From NCBI GenBank assembly GCA_026986775.1, contig JALSNX010000030.1, forward strand, positions 79,483 to 143,482: DNA of 64,000 bases, read 5' to 3'. A program made the translations under genes and the position numbers. Position 1 is the stretch's first letter, and each line of letters begins with the position of its first letter. The stretch is from a candidate division WOR-3 bacterium (GTDB lineage: Bacteria; Hydrothermota; Hydrothermia; UBA1063; CAJXJZ01). The notes beneath the pieces were generated by a model, which saw only the letters and a program-made list of their open reading frames with translations, was not told the origin of the DNA and searched no databases. Positions 46,773 through 56,932 of this stretch are shown in pieces.

Positions 46773-49079
46773 TTTTTTAATTATCCTGAAAGAGTAAAGT
46801 TCTTCTCTTTTTTTACCTGTAATCTCCTCAAGAACTCTGTAAATACCCTTTTGTCGTTTTAAAATTACTTTTGTATATTCTCCATGAGAAAGTAGTGTAT
46901 AGTCGTCAGTCTCTTTAGATTTGTTTGCTATGGGGGGGTGTATTTCATAATACTCTTTGAGTTTTAAAAGGTCTTTCTTTGTTCCTGTTATTATTTTTAT
47001 TATTTTTAGTCCTTCGGGCATAAACATGTTAAGTTCAGAGATTTTTTTCTCTATCGGAGCTTCTGTTCGTATATGTATAGTTTCAGCCTCACTCTCAACT
47101 CCAAGAGGTGTGGCATTTTTCATGGATATCATCCAGTGTTTTTTAAAACCTGATTTTCGCCCTATTTTTATGCCGGCCCTGAAAAGGCCTGTTATGAGTG
47201 ACTCTATTGTATCTGTATGACCTATGAGGGAGAATCCTTTCGTTTTGCTGTAGATAATTATGTAATCATATAAAGTTTCAGGCCTGAGGCTATTTTCTGT
47301 TTCAGTAATAGTAATACGTTCTCTTTCTATATGTAGTGGAAAACTTCTGCAAATATCATAGTCCTTTATCCATATACCACAGCCCTTGCATCCTCTGTAC
47401 TGACAGTTGTCCATATATTCTGAGTTTATTGCCCTTTTGAGTTCCCGATCTAAAAAACGTCTGTACACTCCTGTATCAACTACATCCCACGGCCTTTTTC
47501 CATTTTCACAACCTGTCTGAAATTCTTCAATAGTTTTACCCAGGATATGGGCTGCTCTTTCATACCTCTCAAATCTGAAAAACTCGTATCTTTCGTCAAA
47601 GAGAGCACCATTTTCAAAAGCGCGTAGTAAGAGATCGGATGTATTACTATCTCCACGTCCAAGCAAGCCTTCAATAAAGGATTGATAGGGGTTATGATAG
47701 GACATATAAACACCTTTTATCTTCCTGATTTCACTTTTTAGATAGTGTATCTTACTCTTTATAGTTTCAGGGTCTTCCTGTCGTATGCACTCAAAGGGTG
47801 TGTGTGGCCTTGGCACAAAAGGAGAAAATTTTGCATGAAAAATGATTTTTTTGCTTAATTTGCGTAGTTCTTTAAGGAAGTAGGGAATTTCCTCAATGTC
47901 TTTCTGTTCCTCAAAGGGTAAACCTAACATAAAATAAAGCTTAATGTGGTTATAGTTGTACTTTTCCGCAAGTTTTATGGTTCGCTCAATGGTTTCTAAT
48001 TCAACGTTTTTGTTTATAACTCCGCGTAGTCTCTCTGATACAGTTTCCGGCGCAAGCGTGATGTTGAATTTTTTCATAGAGTTTAAGAGTTTAAAAAGTT
48101 CTTCTGTGAGTGCATCAGTAGGAAGTGAGGGAAGAGAAACCGATATTTCAGGAAATTTTCTCCGTATATCAAACAATAAACTTTCAAGATAGGGGTAATC
48201 GCTTGTGGTGAAGGCAAGAAGAGATACATCTGTAAAACCGGTGCTTTTAATACCCTCTTCAATTATTCTCAATACGTCATCTGTACTTCTCCACCTTAAA
48301 GGTCTGTATGTAAACCCTCCCTGGCAGAATCTGCATCCCCTCGTACAACCCCTCATTATTTCCACAACGAGTCTCTTATGGACTATATCAATATTGGGAA
48401 CTATCTGTTTTACAGGATAGTCTTCAAATTTAAGCTCATAAACAGAGGCCTTTGAGGCTCTCTTCGTTCTTTCGGGTACGTATATGCCATTCAGTGAAGA
48501 AATGTGTTCTAAAAAGTTATCCTTTGTAAGGTCTCTTTGCTTGTACGCTTTGAGGTATGGTATCAGTTGTTTTACAACATTTTCTCCTTCACCCACTACA
48601 AAAAAGTCAACAAAAGGTTCAAGGGGACGGGGATTCATACTTGCAGGACCTCCCACAGCCACAAGAGGCATATCCTCTTCTCTTTCTTTGCTAAAAAAGG
48701 GTATTTTTGATAGTTTTAAACCGAGAAGTATATTGGTGTAGTTAAGTTCTGTATGCACTGAAAACCCTATGAGGTCCATATATCTTAAAGGCGTATAGGT
48801 TTCAAGGGTAAAAAGAGGAATAGACTCCTTTAACATAAAATTTATAGCATCAATCCAGGGTAAGAACACCCTTTCAGCATAAACTCCCTCAACGCTGTTC
48901 AATATGTGATAAATAATCTTCAAACCGAGATTGGACATACCTATTTCATAGGTTTCAGGATAAAATAGTGCAATACGTATGGTTTCAGGGTCTATGTCTT
49001 TGTGTATTTCATTGAACTCTCTACCAGTATATCTTCCTGGTTTCTCAAGGGTTTTGAGTGCGTTTCCAAATGGATGCAT
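46758..49079 (-). CDS. TIGR03960-like B12-binding radical SAM protein fused to a DUF2344-like domain
   Basis: KPGRY.G.E.N, PETYEIGMSNLG, EIMRGCTRGCRFCQ, T.APE, YFM.GLP.E, F.P.PHTPF; C-terminal ATPLGVES.AE. Confidence 0.88.
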   Translation of the reverse strand: MHPFGNALKTLEKPGRYTGREFNEIHKDIDPETIRIALFYPETYEIGMSNLGLKIIYHILNSVEGVYAERVFLPWIDAINFMLKESIPLFTLETYTPLRYMDLIGFSVHTELNYTNILLGLKLSKIPFFSKEREEDMPLVAVGGPASMNPRPLEPFVDFFVVGEGENVVKQLIPYLKAYKQRDLTKDNFLEHISSLNGIYVPERTKRASKASVYELKFEDYPVKQIVPNIDIVHKRLVVEIMRGCTRGCRFCQGGFTYRPLRWRSTDDVLRIIEEGIKSTGFTDVSLLAFTTSDYPYLESLLFDIRRKFPEISVSLPSLPTDALTEELFKLLNSMKKFNITLAPETVSERLRGVINKNVELETIERTIKLAEKYNYNHIKLYFMLGLPFEEQKDIEEIPYFLKELRKLSKKIIFHAKFSPFVPRPHTPFECIRQEDPETIKSKIHYLKSEIRKIKGVYMSYHNPYQSFIEGLLGRGDSNTSDLLLRAFENGALFDERYEFFRFERYERAAHILGKTIEEFQTGCENGKRPWDVVDTGVYRRFLDRELKRAINSEYMDNCQYRGCKGCGIWIKDYDICRSFPLHIERERITITETENSLRPETLYDYIIIYSKTKGFSLIGHTDTIESLITGLFRAGIKIGRKSGFKKHWMISMKNATPLGVESEAETIHIRTEAPIEKKISELNMFMPEGLKIIKIITGTKKDLLKLKEYYEIHPPIANKSKETDDYTLLSHGEYTKVILKRQKGIYRVLEEITGKKREELYSFRIIKKLLSS

Positions 49080-49084
49080 TAAAG

Positions 49085-50104
49085 TTATATAGAAAATCTG
49101 ATGTTTATAACGTCTCCATCCTGAACTATGTAATCTTTACCCTCAAGGTGCATGAGATTAAGATTCTTTGCCTCTTTATGAGAACCGGCTTTAATAAAGT
49201 CATCGTAATGAATTATCTCAGCCCTTATAAACCCTCTCTGAATATCTGAATGGATTTTACCTGCAGCCTCATATACTGTTGAGCCCTTTTTAAGAAGCCA
49301 CGCTCTTGTCTCCTTTTCGCCGGCAGTGTAGAATATAATATAGCCGAGCTCTCTTAAAATGATCTCCTCAAGTCTGTGTACTGCACTGTCTTTGAGTCCG
49401 TATTCCCTTAGTAATTCCTCCCGTTCCTTTTCATCTTCTATTTCTGCGAGTTCCCTCTCAATACTCAGGGGTGCACACAGTGCAGGATACCCCATGTATT
49501 CTGAAGTACAGTCTTTCTCAAGTGCATTTTCTGATACATTTAATAGAACAATGCGGGGTCTGGTGGTTATAAATGGGTTTCCTGAAATCATTTTTTGTTC
49601 CTGTTCTGATAGCTCAAGAGATGTTATGGGCTTTTCTTCTAAAAGGTTTGAATGTATTTTTTTCAGTAATTCAAGTTCTTTCTCCGCCCCTTTTTTTGCC
49701 TTAACTTCCTTTTGTAGCCTTGCTATGCGTTTTTCTGCAAACTGAAGGTCAGAAAATATCAGCCTGAGATTGATATCCTCAAAATCTTCTCTCGGGTCCT
49801 TTTGGGAAAATGCGTCTATTACATGAATTAGAACATCATAGCTGATAAGTTCCTGAAGGATTTCGCCTGTTTTTTCCTCCTTCCACAGTTTCCCAAATCC
49901 ATCAAAATCCCCCACTTCGTAATTAACAGGTGTAATTTTTCTGGAATTTAATAATCTACCCAACTCAAAAACCCTTCTATCTTTTGATACAAATGTACCA
50001 ATCTGTGAAAAATAGCCCTTTTTTCTTGAAAAATGTGTACCCACAAGGGAATAGAATAAAGAGGTTTTCCCGACAGCTGTATTTCCGATAATGGCGAGTT
50101 TCAT
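49085..50104 (-). CDS. ychF: YchF-like OBG-family NTPase with C-terminal TGS (DUF933) domain
   Basis: GNTAVGKT P-loop; FYTAGEKETRAW, AAGKIHSDIQRGFIRAE, EGKDYIVQDGD. Confidence 0.8.
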   Translation of the reverse strand: MKLAIIGNTAVGKTSLFYSLVGTHFSRKKGYFSQIGTFVSKDRRVFELGRLLNSRKITPVNYEVGDFDGFGKLWKEEKTGEILQELISYDVLIHVIDAFSQKDPREDFEDINLRLIFSDLQFAEKRIARLQKEVKAKKGAEKELELLKKIHSNLLEEKPITSLELSEQEQKMISGNPFITTRPRIVLLNVSENALEKDCTSEYMGYPALCAPLSIERELAEIEDEKEREELLREYGLKDSAVHRLEEIILRELGYIIFYTAGEKETRAWLLKKGSTVYEAAGKIHSDIQRGFIRAEIIHYDDFIKAGSHKEAKNLNLMHLEGKDYIVQDGDVINIRFSI

Positions 50105-50110
50105 AATTTA

Positions 50111-50959
50111 TTACGGAAGTTTACCTCTTTTACGCATGCCTTTAATTGTGTTAAGAAGGAGCATATATGATGTTACAGGTCCCACGCCACCAGGTACGGG
50201 TGTTATGAACATTAATCCCTTTTCTTTATACTCCTTTTCCTCAAAATTAATGGCCATATCACCAACTATTTTACCCTCTACAATGTTAATAGCTACGTCA
50301 ATCAGGAAGGTAGCGTTTTGTACCATATCCTCTGTTATAAGACCAGGATGGCCTGCTGCTGAGATAACAACATCTGCTTTATTTGTAAATTCTTTAAGGT
50401 TTTCAGTTTTTGAATGACATACGGTGCAGGTTGCGTCCTCACTGAGGAGCATATGAAAGAGAGGAAGTCCTACAGTAGTGCTTCTCCCCACAATAACAAC
50501 GTGTTTACCTGTTAGTTTGTAGTTAACTTCTTTAAAAAATTCCATCACAGCTAAAGGGGTGGCGGGGAACAATCCATCTTCTTTTTTATATAGAGCAGCG
50601 ATATTTGCATCTGTCTGTCCATCAATATCCTTCCACTTTGGTACGCGGTTTATAATTTCCCTTTTCATCCTGACTACGTAGGGACGTGTGATAATAATAC
50701 CGTCAACATCATCATCAGTTGCAAGTACCTTTACGATCTCTTCAAGTTCTTCCTCTGATGTATTGGAATCCACTTCATAAAGAGTAATTCTGAAACCATT
50801 GTCTCTTGCCACTTTGGTTATGCTTTTGATATATGATCTGGATGGATTGTCTTCTATATTGAGAACCACACTTATATGTGGAGTTCCTTTATATGATGCC
50901 AGAGCATCGTTTAGTTCATCTTTTAATCGTGATATAATCTGCTCACCGCTTATAATCAT
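50111..50959 (-). CDS. folD: Methylenetetrahydrofolate dehydrogenase/cyclohydrolase
   Basis: S.SYI, KDIDG, PATP, VGRSTTVG.P, TVCHSKT, IDV, TPVPGGVGPVT. Confidence 0.92.
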   Translation of the reverse strand: MIISGEQIISRLKDELNDALASYKGTPHISVVLNIEDNPSRSYIKSITKVARDNGFRITLYEVDSNTSEEELEEIVKVLATDDDVDGIIITRPYVVRMKREIINRVPKWKDIDGQTDANIAALYKKEDGLFPATPLAVMEFFKEVNYKLTGKHVVIVGRSTTVGLPLFHMLLSEDATCTVCHSKTENLKEFTNKADVVISAAGHPGLITEDMVQNATFLIDVAINIVEGKIVGDMAINFEEKEYKEKGLMFITPVPGGVGPVTSYMLLLNTIKGMRKRGKLP

Positions 50960-51020
50960 GCAAATATTATACGGGTATATATTCGGGTTTAAAAGTTTTT
51001 AAGAGGTTGGAGTGTTCAAC

Positions 51021-51049
51021 TTGCCAATATCCTTTGTTTGCCATATAAT
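51021..51049 (+). promoter_or_regulatory. sigma70 promoter
   Basis: TTGCCA-17-TATAAT followed by AGGAGG SD. Confidence 0.7.
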
Positions 51050-51078
51050 AATTTTTAAACGCAAAAAAGGAGGTGTAT

Positions 51079-54000
51079 ATGGGGTGGTCCCCTAAAAGAT
51101 ACTTCTTTGTGCTGCTCATAGGAGGAGTGGCACTATTGCAGGCAGAAATTAAGAAGCCTGCAGAGACGGATACAGGAAAGAGACTTCCTCTTAAGGTAAA
51201 CATAAGCGTAACAAAACCCCGTGGTGTGAAGAGCACTCCCAAGGGCTACAAAGGAGTTCTTCATGAGAGCTTTGAAAGTGGTGTAATTCCAGATGCTTGG
51301 ACAATAATAGATGGAGACGGAGATGGAAATAAGTGGGGTGTGTATGATGATGCTGCATTTGCTCATACTGGAACGTATTCAGCAGCTGTTAGATGGAATT
51401 CTTCTGGAAATGATGACTGGCTTATAACCCCAGCGCTTTTACCACAGACAGGTGATTCCATAACTTTCTGGGCAAGGTCGCATTCGGCTACTTATCTTGA
51501 GGATTTTGATGTCCTTATTTCCACGACCACGACCGATACTAATGCATTTATATTGATAGATAGTGTCCGTGCCCTTGCCGATACCTATTCGTATTTTGCT
51601 TATGACCTTTCATCCTATGCTGGAGATACCATTTATGTGGCAATAAGGTGTGTATCTCAAAATGAATTCTATCTTCATGTAGATGACTTCTCTGGACCTG
51701 AATTATTAGACACAATACCTCCACAGATTAATATTGTTTTGGCGCCCAATCCTCATTTCTATACAGGAACAGATGATGTGATTGCAGCCGTTATTTCTGA
51801 TATATCTGGCATTGCATCTGCTGAGATACGTTATAGTACAGATTTAGGCAATACATGGACTCCAGTACAGATGGTTAAAGTAAATGGAGATACATTTATG
51901 GCCAGCATCCCTGCCCAGGCCAAGGGAAATAAGATACTCTGGTACGTTTACGCACAGGATAGTAGTAGCAATGATACTACAACTTCCGCATATTACTATA
52001 CAATTATGCCTTCTGGTAATGACCTTGTTTCATTCAGTGATGTGACAGAAGCATATCCTCTTATTTATGCCCTTATAGACCTTGGAATAGACCCTCTTCC
52101 TGACTATATGTTCCGTACTGATTTTTACACATATCAGGATTCTTTAAGTTACTGGAAGTCCATTTACTTTGGCGAGACAGGTGGACTTGGGGATACGCTT
52201 GTGGACGTTTTTGATAAATTCCTGTCCACAGGGAATGATACCAGCAGGAAAAGCGTGATTATTTTCGGTGATGATATAGCTTATTATGCTAATTCAGGTA
52301 ATTATCTTGATAAGCTCCACAGTGTTTTCAGAATAACATATATACAGGATGATTACTCAACTTCAACGGATAATGATACGATAGAAGGTGTAGTGGGTGA
52401 TCCCATTTCAGAAGGAATTCCGACCTTCACCGTATCCTCAAATTATCCTGACATGGTAGAACCCTGGTCTCCATGGGATAGTGTTGATATGCCGTGGAAA
52501 TTCCTCATTGTAACCACTGGAGATTCTACCAATACAGCAGGTGGTGTTGCATACAATGGACTTGAAAAACAGGTATTCTATATGCCCTATGAGGTATCTG
52601 AGATAGACAGTCAGTCAGCAGTTGATACCCTTATCGGTAGAATACATACATTTATAGAAAATAACATACTTCCTCCAATGCCTGATTGGTGTGGCATTCA
52701 ATGGCCCCAGGCGGACACTGTAACATATGATGTTGATACGCTGTCCGATGTCGTTTATGGTCAGGTTTATAAGGGTGGCGTTACAGACGTGGGTGTACAG
52801 GACAGTTCTAATTTCATAGTTGAACTTGGAGTTGGACCTGCGGGCACAATGCCTGATGATGAGAACTGGAAATGGGTAAGAGCAGTTTTCAATACGGCAC
52901 ATGGAAATGATGGAAATAACTATGAATATATGGCGCAGATTGATGTGAGAGGTCTTACACCTGGAGTTTATGATTATGCGTTCAGGTTTTCTTATAACGG
53001 TGGCCCATGGGTTTATGCAGACTGGGGTTCAAGCGGAGGATCAAATGATGGTTATCAGCCTGAAAATGCTGGAAAACTCTATGTTGTTACCCAGACACCA
53101 ATGGTGTCTATATACGAGATACAGGATACAACAGATACTACTTTTGCAGCAGATACGTCTGATTACTTTGGCCAGACAGTCACTACATTCGGTATTGTAA
53201 CCGGCGTTTATTCCAATGGATTCTTCCTTGAAGACCAGGCAGGTGGTGCATGGAGTGGTTTATGGGTTTATCTGAATGGTGCAGATACACTGTATGAGAT
53301 AGGCGATTCTCTAATCGTGGAAGGTGGTGTAACAGAATACCATGGACTTACAGAACTTTCACCAGATACAATTTTCCTCATAAAGAAGAATACCACTTTG
53401 CCAGTGCCTGTGGTGGTAAACACGGGTGCAGCAAATGATGAATCTTATGAAGGTGTTCTCCTTAGAGTCATTGGTGCTACCTGTACAAATCCTGACCTTG
53501 GCTATGGAGAATGGGAAGTTAATGATGGTTCGGGTGCATTAAGAGTTGATGATATGGGTGTAGCATATACTCCTGATTCCGGTGCTATGTATAACATAAC
53601 AGCGCCTTTGTATTATTCCTATGGGAATTACAAACTTGAACCAAGAGATTCTGCTGATATAGTGCAGTTTACCTATCCACAGGTGGTAATTAATGAAGTT
53701 TATTACGATGCCCCTGGTACAGATGCAGGTGTGTTTGTTGAGTTAAAGGCCGCTCCTGGAACCTCTCTTGACAATATCCATGTGTGGGGAGTTAATGGTG
53801 CAGATGGTTCAGTTTACAGTGATGTTGATCTTACGGGACATACTGTTGGACCTCGTGGATACTTTGTACTTGCCCAGGACAGCACAGTACCTAATGCTGA
53901 CACAATAACAGGTCTCGATTACCAGAATGGACCGGATAATGTTGTGCTTGTTTACATAGATGGTTCTGATACAACAGTATTGGATGCTCTTGGATATGGC

Positions 54001-55689
54001 TCAACCGATACCACAACATGGGTGTTTGTTGGTGAGGGTGTACCTGCACCAGACGTTACATCTGGTCTTTCGCTTCAGAGAATACCGGATGGCTCAGATA
54101 CCAATGATAACAGTGTTGATTTTGTGGGTCTTCCACCAACACCCGGCCGTAAAAACGCCACTTACGTGATATTTGAGGATAACTTTGACGATGATACTTT
54201 AAGATGGACTGGAAACTGGGCGAAGACAGGACTTTCATATCACAGTCCAGATTCTTCATTCACCGATTCTCCAACGGGTAACTATCCAGATAACTCTGTA
54301 CTCGTTGGTGAAATCAATCAGGACATTGACCTTACATCATACTACAGCGCTAAGATGGAATTCTGGACAAAATATGCGATTGAAGAGGGCTGGGACAGCG
54401 TGCATCTTCAGATTTCAACTGATAGTGGTGCAACCTGGACGGATATAAAGGCGTACACAGGAAATGTCTCTGATTGGACTAAAGAGACAGTTGACCTTGG
54501 TGCATATGCAGGAAAGGTTATAAGGCTCAGATTCGTTCTTATAAGTGATGCCGCTGTGAACTACGATGGTATGTATGTAGATGATGTTGTGATTTCCGGT
54601 AGCATGATTGATAATGGTGCACCTGCTATACATCACAAACCACCTACATTGAGAGACGATATTCTTGGTGATTTTGTGGCAGTTGCCTCTATTATAGACC
54701 CATCACCTATTGCCATTGATTCACTCTACTACAGGGCAGATACAATGAGTAGCTTTGTGGCTATAGCCCCCGATAGCATGGTAGATACACTCTCTTACTT
54801 CACCATTCCTGCACAGAGAATAGGCGCAAGAGTTGATTACTACTTTGTTGCAGCAGATACTGCAAGGAACAGAACACAGACAGAGGTTTACACCTACTAT
54901 CAGGGTGTGAAATTCATTTATGATGATGATGACCCACAATACTATATGCCGATGGCAACTGGAAGTAAGTATGCTGTTAGTATCTTCGCACCCGCGGATA
55001 CAGGTGTGGCTATAAGTGCGATGATGGTGCTACATTATTACTCACCTGGACAGGGTGTTACAGGTGGTGCTTACATCATTCATGTCTATGATAACACCTT
55101 TAATGACATCATTACTCCTGATACAGTTTACGAGGATACCACAATGGGCAATGTATTCTGGAAGGTTATAGACCTTACAGCGCTCAATAATGGTGAGCCT
55201 ATATATCTCTCATACAATGATACCATCTATCTTGGTGTGGAAGGTATTGATACCACAGTAGCACTGATGTTAGACCAGCCGAGTTCTGGATATTATCACA
55301 CCTATGTGTATAATGCTGATTCGGCGGCCTGGTATCTTGTTGATGCTGATCTCTTCATCAGAGCCATTGGTGACTACGTATCCGACGCTAAAGAAAATCT
55401 CAATAAACCTCTCAAATTTGCTGCGCTTGCACCAATGCCTAACCCGTTCCGTGGACATACTGTTATCAAATTTGCCCTTCCAGCGAAAGAGAGAGTAACA
55501 CTTGATATTTATGACATCAATGGAAGAAGAATTACGAGACTCTTAAACGGAAAACTCAATGCAGGCTGGCATACTGTATCCTGGAATGGCAGGGATGCAC
55601 GTGGCAGAAAAGTAAAATCCGGTGTCTACTTCTACAAACTCAACGCTGGCAAATACAGAAAGACCGTGAAGATGCTTCTTGTGCGATAG
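51079..55689 (+). CDS. Large secreted multidomain protein: cleaved-adhesin (choice-of-anchor J)-like, Ig-like, OB-fold, lamin-tail, MAM-like domains, FlgD-Ig/T9SS CTD
   Basis: ESFE...W..ID.DGDG..W...DDWLITP; GQTVT..GIVT...GFFL.D..SG.WVY; VVINEVYYD..G.D..FVEL; PNPF...I.F.LP...IYDINGR...W.G.D..G..V.SGVYFY; start at ATG 51079 by SD spacing. Confidence 0.85.
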   Translation: MGWSPKRYFFVLLIGGVALLQAEIKKPAETDTGKRLPLKVNISVTKPRGVKSTPKGYKGVLHESFESGVIPDAWTIIDGDGDGNKWGVYDDAAFAHTGTYSAAVRWNSSGNDDWLITPALLPQTGDSITFWARSHSATYLEDFDVLISTTTTDTNAFILIDSVRALADTYSYFAYDLSSYAGDTIYVAIRCVSQNEFYLHVDDFSGPELLDTIPPQINIVLAPNPHFYTGTDDVIAAVISDISGIASAEIRYSTDLGNTWTPVQMVKVNGDTFMASIPAQAKGNKILWYVYAQDSSSNDTTTSAYYYTIMPSGNDLVSFSDVTEAYPLIYALIDLGIDPLPDYMFRTDFYTYQDSLSYWKSIYFGETGGLGDTLVDVFDKFLSTGNDTSRKSVIIFGDDIAYYANSGNYLDKLHSVFRITYIQDDYSTSTDNDTIEGVVGDPISEGIPTFTVSSNYPDMVEPWSPWDSVDMPWKFLIVTTGDSTNTAGGVAYNGLEKQVFYMPYEVSEIDSQSAVDTLIGRIHTFIENNILPPMPDWCGIQWPQADTVTYDVDTLSDVVYGQVYKGGVTDVGVQDSSNFIVELGVGPAGTMPDDENWKWVRAVFNTAHGNDGNNYEYMAQIDVRGLTPGVYDYAFRFSYNGGPWVYADWGSSGGSNDGYQPENAGKLYVVTQTPMVSIYEIQDTTDTTFAADTSDYFGQTVTTFGIVTGVYSNGFFLEDQAGGAWSGLWVYLNGADTLYEIGDSLIVEGGVTEYHGLTELSPDTIFLIKKNTTLPVPVVVNTGAANDESYEGVLLRVIGATCTNPDLGYGEWEVNDGSGALRVDDMGVAYTPDSGAMYNITAPLYYSYGNYKLEPRDSADIVQFTYPQVVINEVYYDAPGTDAGVFVELKAAPGTSLDNIHVWGVNGADGSVYSDVDLTGHTVGPRGYFVLAQDSTVPNADTITGLDYQNGPDNVVLVYIDGSDTTVLDALGYGSTDTTTWVFVGEGVPAPDVTSGLSLQRIPDGSDTNDNSVDFVGLPPTPGRKNATYVIFEDNFDDDTLRWTGNWAKTGLSYHSPDSSFTDSPTGNYPDNSVLVGEINQDIDLTSYYSAKMEFWTKYAIEEGWDSVHLQISTDSGATWTDIKAYTGNVSDWTKETVDLGAYAGKVIRLRFVLISDAAVNYDGMYVDDVVISGSMIDNGAPAIHHKPPTLRDDILGDFVAVASIIDPSPIAIDSLYYRADTMSSFVAIAPDSMVDTLSYFTIPAQRIGARVDYYFVAADTARNRTQTEVYTYYQGVKFIYDDDDPQYYMPMATGSKYAVSIFAPADTGVAISAMMVLHYYSPGQGVTGGAYIIHVYDNTFNDIITPDTVYEDTTMGNVFWKVIDLTALNNGEPIYLSYNDTIYLGVEGIDTTVALMLDQPSSGYYHTYVYNADSAAWYLVDADLFIRAIGDYVSDAKENLNKPLKFAALAPMPNPFRGHTVIKFALPAKERVTLDIYDINGRRITRLLNGKLNAGWHTVSWNGRDARGRKVKSGVYFYKLNAGKYRKTVKMLLVR

Positions 55690-55711
55690 TAAAAAGGGCA
55701 TAACTATATTT

Positions 55712-55740
55712 AAAGCGGGGCCATGTGGCCCCGCTTTTTT
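55712..55740 (+). terminator. Rho-independent terminator
   Basis: AAAGCGGGGCC-ATGT-GGCCCCGCTTTTTT. Confidence 0.88.
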
Positions 55741-55774
55741 GTTTATACTGAAAATTGATGGTATAATTACCTTC

Positions 55775-56239
55775 ATGAGAATATTAAGATACATTGTAGC
55801 AACAGTTTTTATAGGGATAACAGCGTGTGCTCTTCTAAACAGTGCACAGAAGGTTATGGCCGTCAAAAATCTCAAAGTTACACTTTCCCGATTTGAATTA
55901 AATGGTGTTGACCTTCAGGGTATAAATAGCACTGTGTATATAAATGCAGAGAATCCCAATAGAGTAAGTGCAGAGATTGTATCTTTTGACTTTGATGTAC
56001 TTGTTAATTCAGAAAAGGTGAGCAGAGGAAGCCTCAGAAATACTGTTATTATCCCCCCACATGCTAAAAAGACCATTGAGATTCCGCTATATCTTCCGTT
56101 TACTGGCATGAGTTCTCTTGTCAAGAGAGTTTTATTGAACAAGAGTGCTGAAGTTGGTATTAGAGGATTTGTAGTTATCAATACATCAATAGGTACGATG
56201 CGATTCAAGGTTATTGACAGAACAGACAGGATATTCTGA
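55775..56239 (+). CDS. LEA type 2 / WHy-domain lipoprotein
   Basis: Lipobox ITAC; NPN motif, FDV.VN...G, IPP......IP; start at ATG 55775 (the ORF-track start 55679 lies in the previous gene). Confidence 0.8.
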   Translation: MRILRYIVATVFIGITACALLNSAQKVMAVKNLKVTLSRFELNGVDLQGINSTVYINAENPNRVSAEIVSFDFDVLVNSEKVSRGSLRNTVIIPPHAKKTIEIPLYLPFTGMSSLVKRVLLNKSAEVGIRGFVVINTSIGTMRFKVIDRTDRIF

Positions 56240-56932
56240 ATGTTTTTCAAACTATTACTCGTGGCCATTACCCCGGGTATTGCAATACTTCTATACGTTT
56301 ATTACAGAGACAGGTATGAAAAGGAACCACCGGAACTTGTGAGAAAGGTCTTTGTGTACGGTGCCTTATCAACCTTACTGGCAGGTTCAGCTGAGATGAT
56401 TATGCTATCATTTCATTTCTGGTGGCTTAAAAAACATGTCCTCTTTTTATTTGCTTTTTTGTATTCCTTTATTGTTATTGGCCCTGTGGAGGAAGGGATA
56501 AAGTATATTGTAACCTATAAACTCACCTTTAAAAATCCAGAGTTCAATGAGCCTATGGATGGTATTGTTTATGCTACCTCTGCTTCGCTGGGTTTTGCCA
56601 CACTTGAAAATATAATGTATGTTTTCAGATACGGTATGAATGTGGGTATAGACAGGGCCTTTATATCCGTTCCTGTTCATGCCTTTATGGGTATCATAAT
56701 GGGTTCCTATCTGGGGAAGGCCAGATTTAAAGATAAAAGAGAAAGAACAAAACTACTGGCAAAGGCATTTTACGTCCCGGCACTTCTACATGGTTTTTTT
56801 GATTTTGTGCTATTGTCACGAACTCTTCTTGCAGTTCTCATTTATCCCTTTATAATATATATCATGATTCTTTCGCTTAAAGACATAGACAAAGCCCTGT
56901 TTTTAAGCCCATTTAAGAGGAAAGATGAGTAA
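56240..56932 (+). CDS. prsW: PrsW-family intramembrane glutamic/metallo protease
   Basis: D...KEP, EEGIK, F.EPMDGIVY, GFATLEN, PVHA, LHGFFD. Confidence 0.9.
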   Translation: MFFKLLLVAITPGIAILLYVYYRDRYEKEPPELVRKVFVYGALSTLLAGSAEMIMLSFHFWWLKKHVLFLFAFLYSFIVIGPVEEGIKYIVTYKLTFKNPEFNEPMDGIVYATSASLGFATLENIMYVFRYGMNVGIDRAFISVPVHAFMGIIMGSYLGKARFKDKRERTKLLAKAFYVPALLHGFFDFVLLSRTLLAVLIYPFIIYIMILSLKDIDKALFLSPFKRKDE

